From Armatimonadota bacterium (lineage in GTDB: Bacteria > Armatimonadota > Zipacnadia > Zipacnadales > UBA5352): DNA of 28,269 nucleotides. The notes under the pieces are model-generated. The model did not search any database and was not told the origin of the DNA. It worked only from the letters and a program-made list of their open reading frames with translations. The translations under genes were made by a program, and so were the position numbers. The DNA lies in assembly GCA_034722055.1 (NCBI GenBank), contig JAYENL010000217.1:1-28269 (forward strand). The letters run 5' to 3'. The first letter of the stretch is position 1; every line of letters begins with the position of its first letter. Below are positions 26,705 to 28,269 of the stretch, in pieces.

Positions 26705-28096
26705 TTAGCCTGCGGGCAGGTCGTAGTCCTCGGGGATGAACTTGCTGGTGTCCACCTGGGCCATCATGCGATCGATGAACTCGCCCTCATCATCCGGGAG
26801 GCCCTCGACCGCCGCCTCCATGATGTCCAGCCAGCGGACCTCCCGCGGAGGGACGTCCACGAGGTCATCGTCACGGCCGTCGCGGAGGATGCGAAGCGCG
26901 GTGGCAGCGACCGCGCGTCCCGCCTGGTAGTACGAGTCCGCGCCAACGATCGCCCTCGCCAGCGTCACGGCGCTCTCGGGCGTGAGGATGAAGGCCTGTG
27001 GGTCGAGCGAGGCGTCCGAGTCCACCAGACAGTCGCGAAGCTGCATGGCGGCCTCGGGGCCCTGTTCCGCGGCGGTGTTGAGCAGCCGGCAGTCATACTC
27101 AAGCTGCTCCAGATAGCAGCTCGGGGCCCAGCCGCCCAGGAGCCTCACGTTCTGCACGGACTCGTTGCTCCACAGGTCCGCGGCCGCGGCGGCCACGTTG
27201 CCCAGGGGGCTGGAGTGGGCGCACGCAGCGGTCTTGCCCTCCATCGACATGGGCAGGCCGGTAATGGCCTTGAGGATGATGTTCTCGTAGCCGCAGTCCT
27301 TCCCCGGCTCCACCGCTCCGCACTGGTAGGCTACCAGCGACCGAACCGCCGACACGGCGCGCACCACCGCCGCGAAGACCTTCGGGATCATGTTCTGCTC
27401 CGCCAGCACCATTGCGGTGTTGGCGAAGCCGCAGGCGGTGTCGCCGGCGGCATGCACGTGCTCATGACCGGCGGCGATGTCGGTGATATGCGACCACACG
27501 AACTTCATGTCCCGCACGCCCATCACGCAGAGGGCGAACATCACCTGCGGCAGGTCGCCCATCGTCAGGGCGGTGTCATGGACCTCCTTGCCGCCGGTGG
27601 ACTCGATGGCGAGCAGGTCCGCGCCCAGCTCTGCCGCGCCCGCAAAGGTGGTCAGCGTCTGCTCCCAGAGCTGGCCGCCGCGCATCCTGGGCGGCCGCTG
27701 CATGTCCCGGTTGTCGTTGGGCGTGACGCGCAGCGCGCACGGCAGACCCCACTGTGAATGCGCCTCATCCAGTGCCTCCTGCAGCACGCCGGCGATCTCC
27801 ACGGCCCACTCCGGGCGCCGGGTCATGTCCGGCAGGGTCTCGAACTCCACCACCAGGCCCCTGCAGTGCAGACGCCGGGCTCGTTCCAGAGCATCGGTGA
27901 TGATCTCCCGGTACTGCCGGACGATCTCCGGCCAGGACTCCTCGGTGATCGACATGGCGGGCAGCGTGAAGTTCAGCTCGGGGTAGACGGTCCCGGCGCC
28001 GATCGCCAGCCCCCGGCGCGTGGTCAGAGGCGTGAGGGATTTGCCGAAACGAAGCTCGTCCGCCGAGTCAATGGCAACGGAATCGCACGCGACCAT
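26705..28096 (-). CDS. mtaB: Methanol:corrinoid methyltransferase MtaB family
   Basis: IGAGTVYPELNF, LVVEFE, IESTGGKEVHD, GDTACGFANTAM, KDCGYE, MEGKTAACAHSSPLGN, DLWSNESV. The Zn ligands (Glu, Cys, Cys) are present. GGAGG RBS upstream, start 28096 (alternative 28108). Confidence 0.93.
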   Translation of the reverse strand: MVACDSVAIDSADELRFGKSLTPLTTRRGLAIGAGTVYPELNFTLPAMSITEESWPEIVRQYREIITDALERARRLHCRGLVVEFETLPDMTRRPEWAVEIAGVLQEALDEAHSQWGLPCALRVTPNDNRDMQRPPRMRGGQLWEQTLTTFAGAAELGADLLAIESTGGKEVHDTALTMGDLPQVMFALCVMGVRDMKFVWSHITDIAAGHEHVHAAGDTACGFANTAMVLAEQNMIPKVFAAVVRAVSAVRSLVAYQCGAVEPGKDCGYENIILKAITGLPMSMEGKTAACAHSSPLGNVAAAAADLWSNESVQNVRLLGGWAPSCYLEQLEYDCRLLNTAAEQGPEAAMQLRDCLVDSDASLDPQAFILTPESAVTLARAIVGADSYYQAGRAVAATALRILRDGRDDDLVDVPPREVRWLDIMEAAVEGLPDDEGEFIDRMMAQVDTSKFIPEDYDLPAG

Positions 28097-28142
28097 AGTG
28101 CACCGCATCCTCCACGGGAATAGTCAGGCTTCTCCGCAACTG

Positions 28143-28188
28143 CGTCCTCGGCGCGGAACCTCGTGTTCCGGGGACTTGACCAAGGACG
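28143..28188 (-). ncRNA. Candidate structured 5' leader of mtaB (nested stems)
   Basis: Minus-strand RNA CGUCCUUGG...CCGAGGACG (9 bp with one U-G wobble) enclosing CGGAAC-ACGAG-GUUCCG. It begins just after the predicted minus-strand start site. Confidence 0.35.
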
Positions 28189-28232
28189 AGATTTATACTA
28201 TATTTATAAGTGACGCATAGGTCGTGTGTCAA
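28176..28232. promoter_or_regulatory. Overlapping divergent sigma70 promoters (mtaB leftward; unknown gene rightward)
   Basis: Plus: TTGACC(28176-28181)-17-TATATT(28199-28204). Minus: TTGACA(28227-28232)-18-TATAAA(28203-28208). GGAGG..ATG at the extreme right edge (28267). Confidence 0.6.
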
Positions 28233-28269
28233 CACGTGCCTGCTGGCGCAGGCGCCACGGAGGAAGATG

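Noticed and set aside
28097..28200. Cobalamin riboswitch upstream of mtaB
   Set aside because: The leader is too short and lacks the B12-box and GGGAA/CCCGCnACUG consensus. It is kept only as an unclassified structure.

Overview
High-GC bacterial DNA using standard genetic code 11. The gene content (DUF6784-type membrane protein remnant, DUF4838, DUF3604/PHP, giant secreted glycan-lyase-like proteins) suggests an Armatimonadota/Planctomycetota-like heterotroph, but this is inference only. The window has four blocks. (1) 1-1850: a decayed mobile/defence patch with a PLD-nuclease fused to a DpnI-type winged-helix domain (candidate m6A-dependent restriction enzyme), a 177-bp MITE with IS50/Tn5-like ends and a perfect 9-bp target duplication, and a ribbon-helix-helix gene. 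(2) 2021-7432: a PHP/DUF3604 metallohydrolase, a DUF4838 protein, a membrane protein interrupted by an in-frame TGA, and a GT2 glycosyltransferase, followed by an integrase scar. (3) 8073-20946: a LacI-associated glycan-utilisation cluster with three paralogues (one intact, one broken by a frameshifting deletion, one reduced to its last ~85 aa) of a ~1300-1400-aa heparinase II/III-like + FG-GAP propeller protein, a beta-helix protein, a DUF6784 remnant and a deacetylase-like protein. (4) 21822-28269: two tandem PaaK/CapK-like adenylating enzymes with an unusual EIPPDA(C/Y)SRxCG insert, then a SufS-type cysteine desulfurase, an XRE-HTH/Cys-rich regulator, and a convergent mtaB (methanol:corrinoid methyltransferase) with a structured leader. 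The best candidate for an undescribed system is the double adenylase + cysteine desulfurase cassette. At least six broken genes indicate ongoing gene erosion or assembly artefacts. No rRNA, tRNA or CRISPR array was found. Family assignments come from motif recognition by eye, not database searches.
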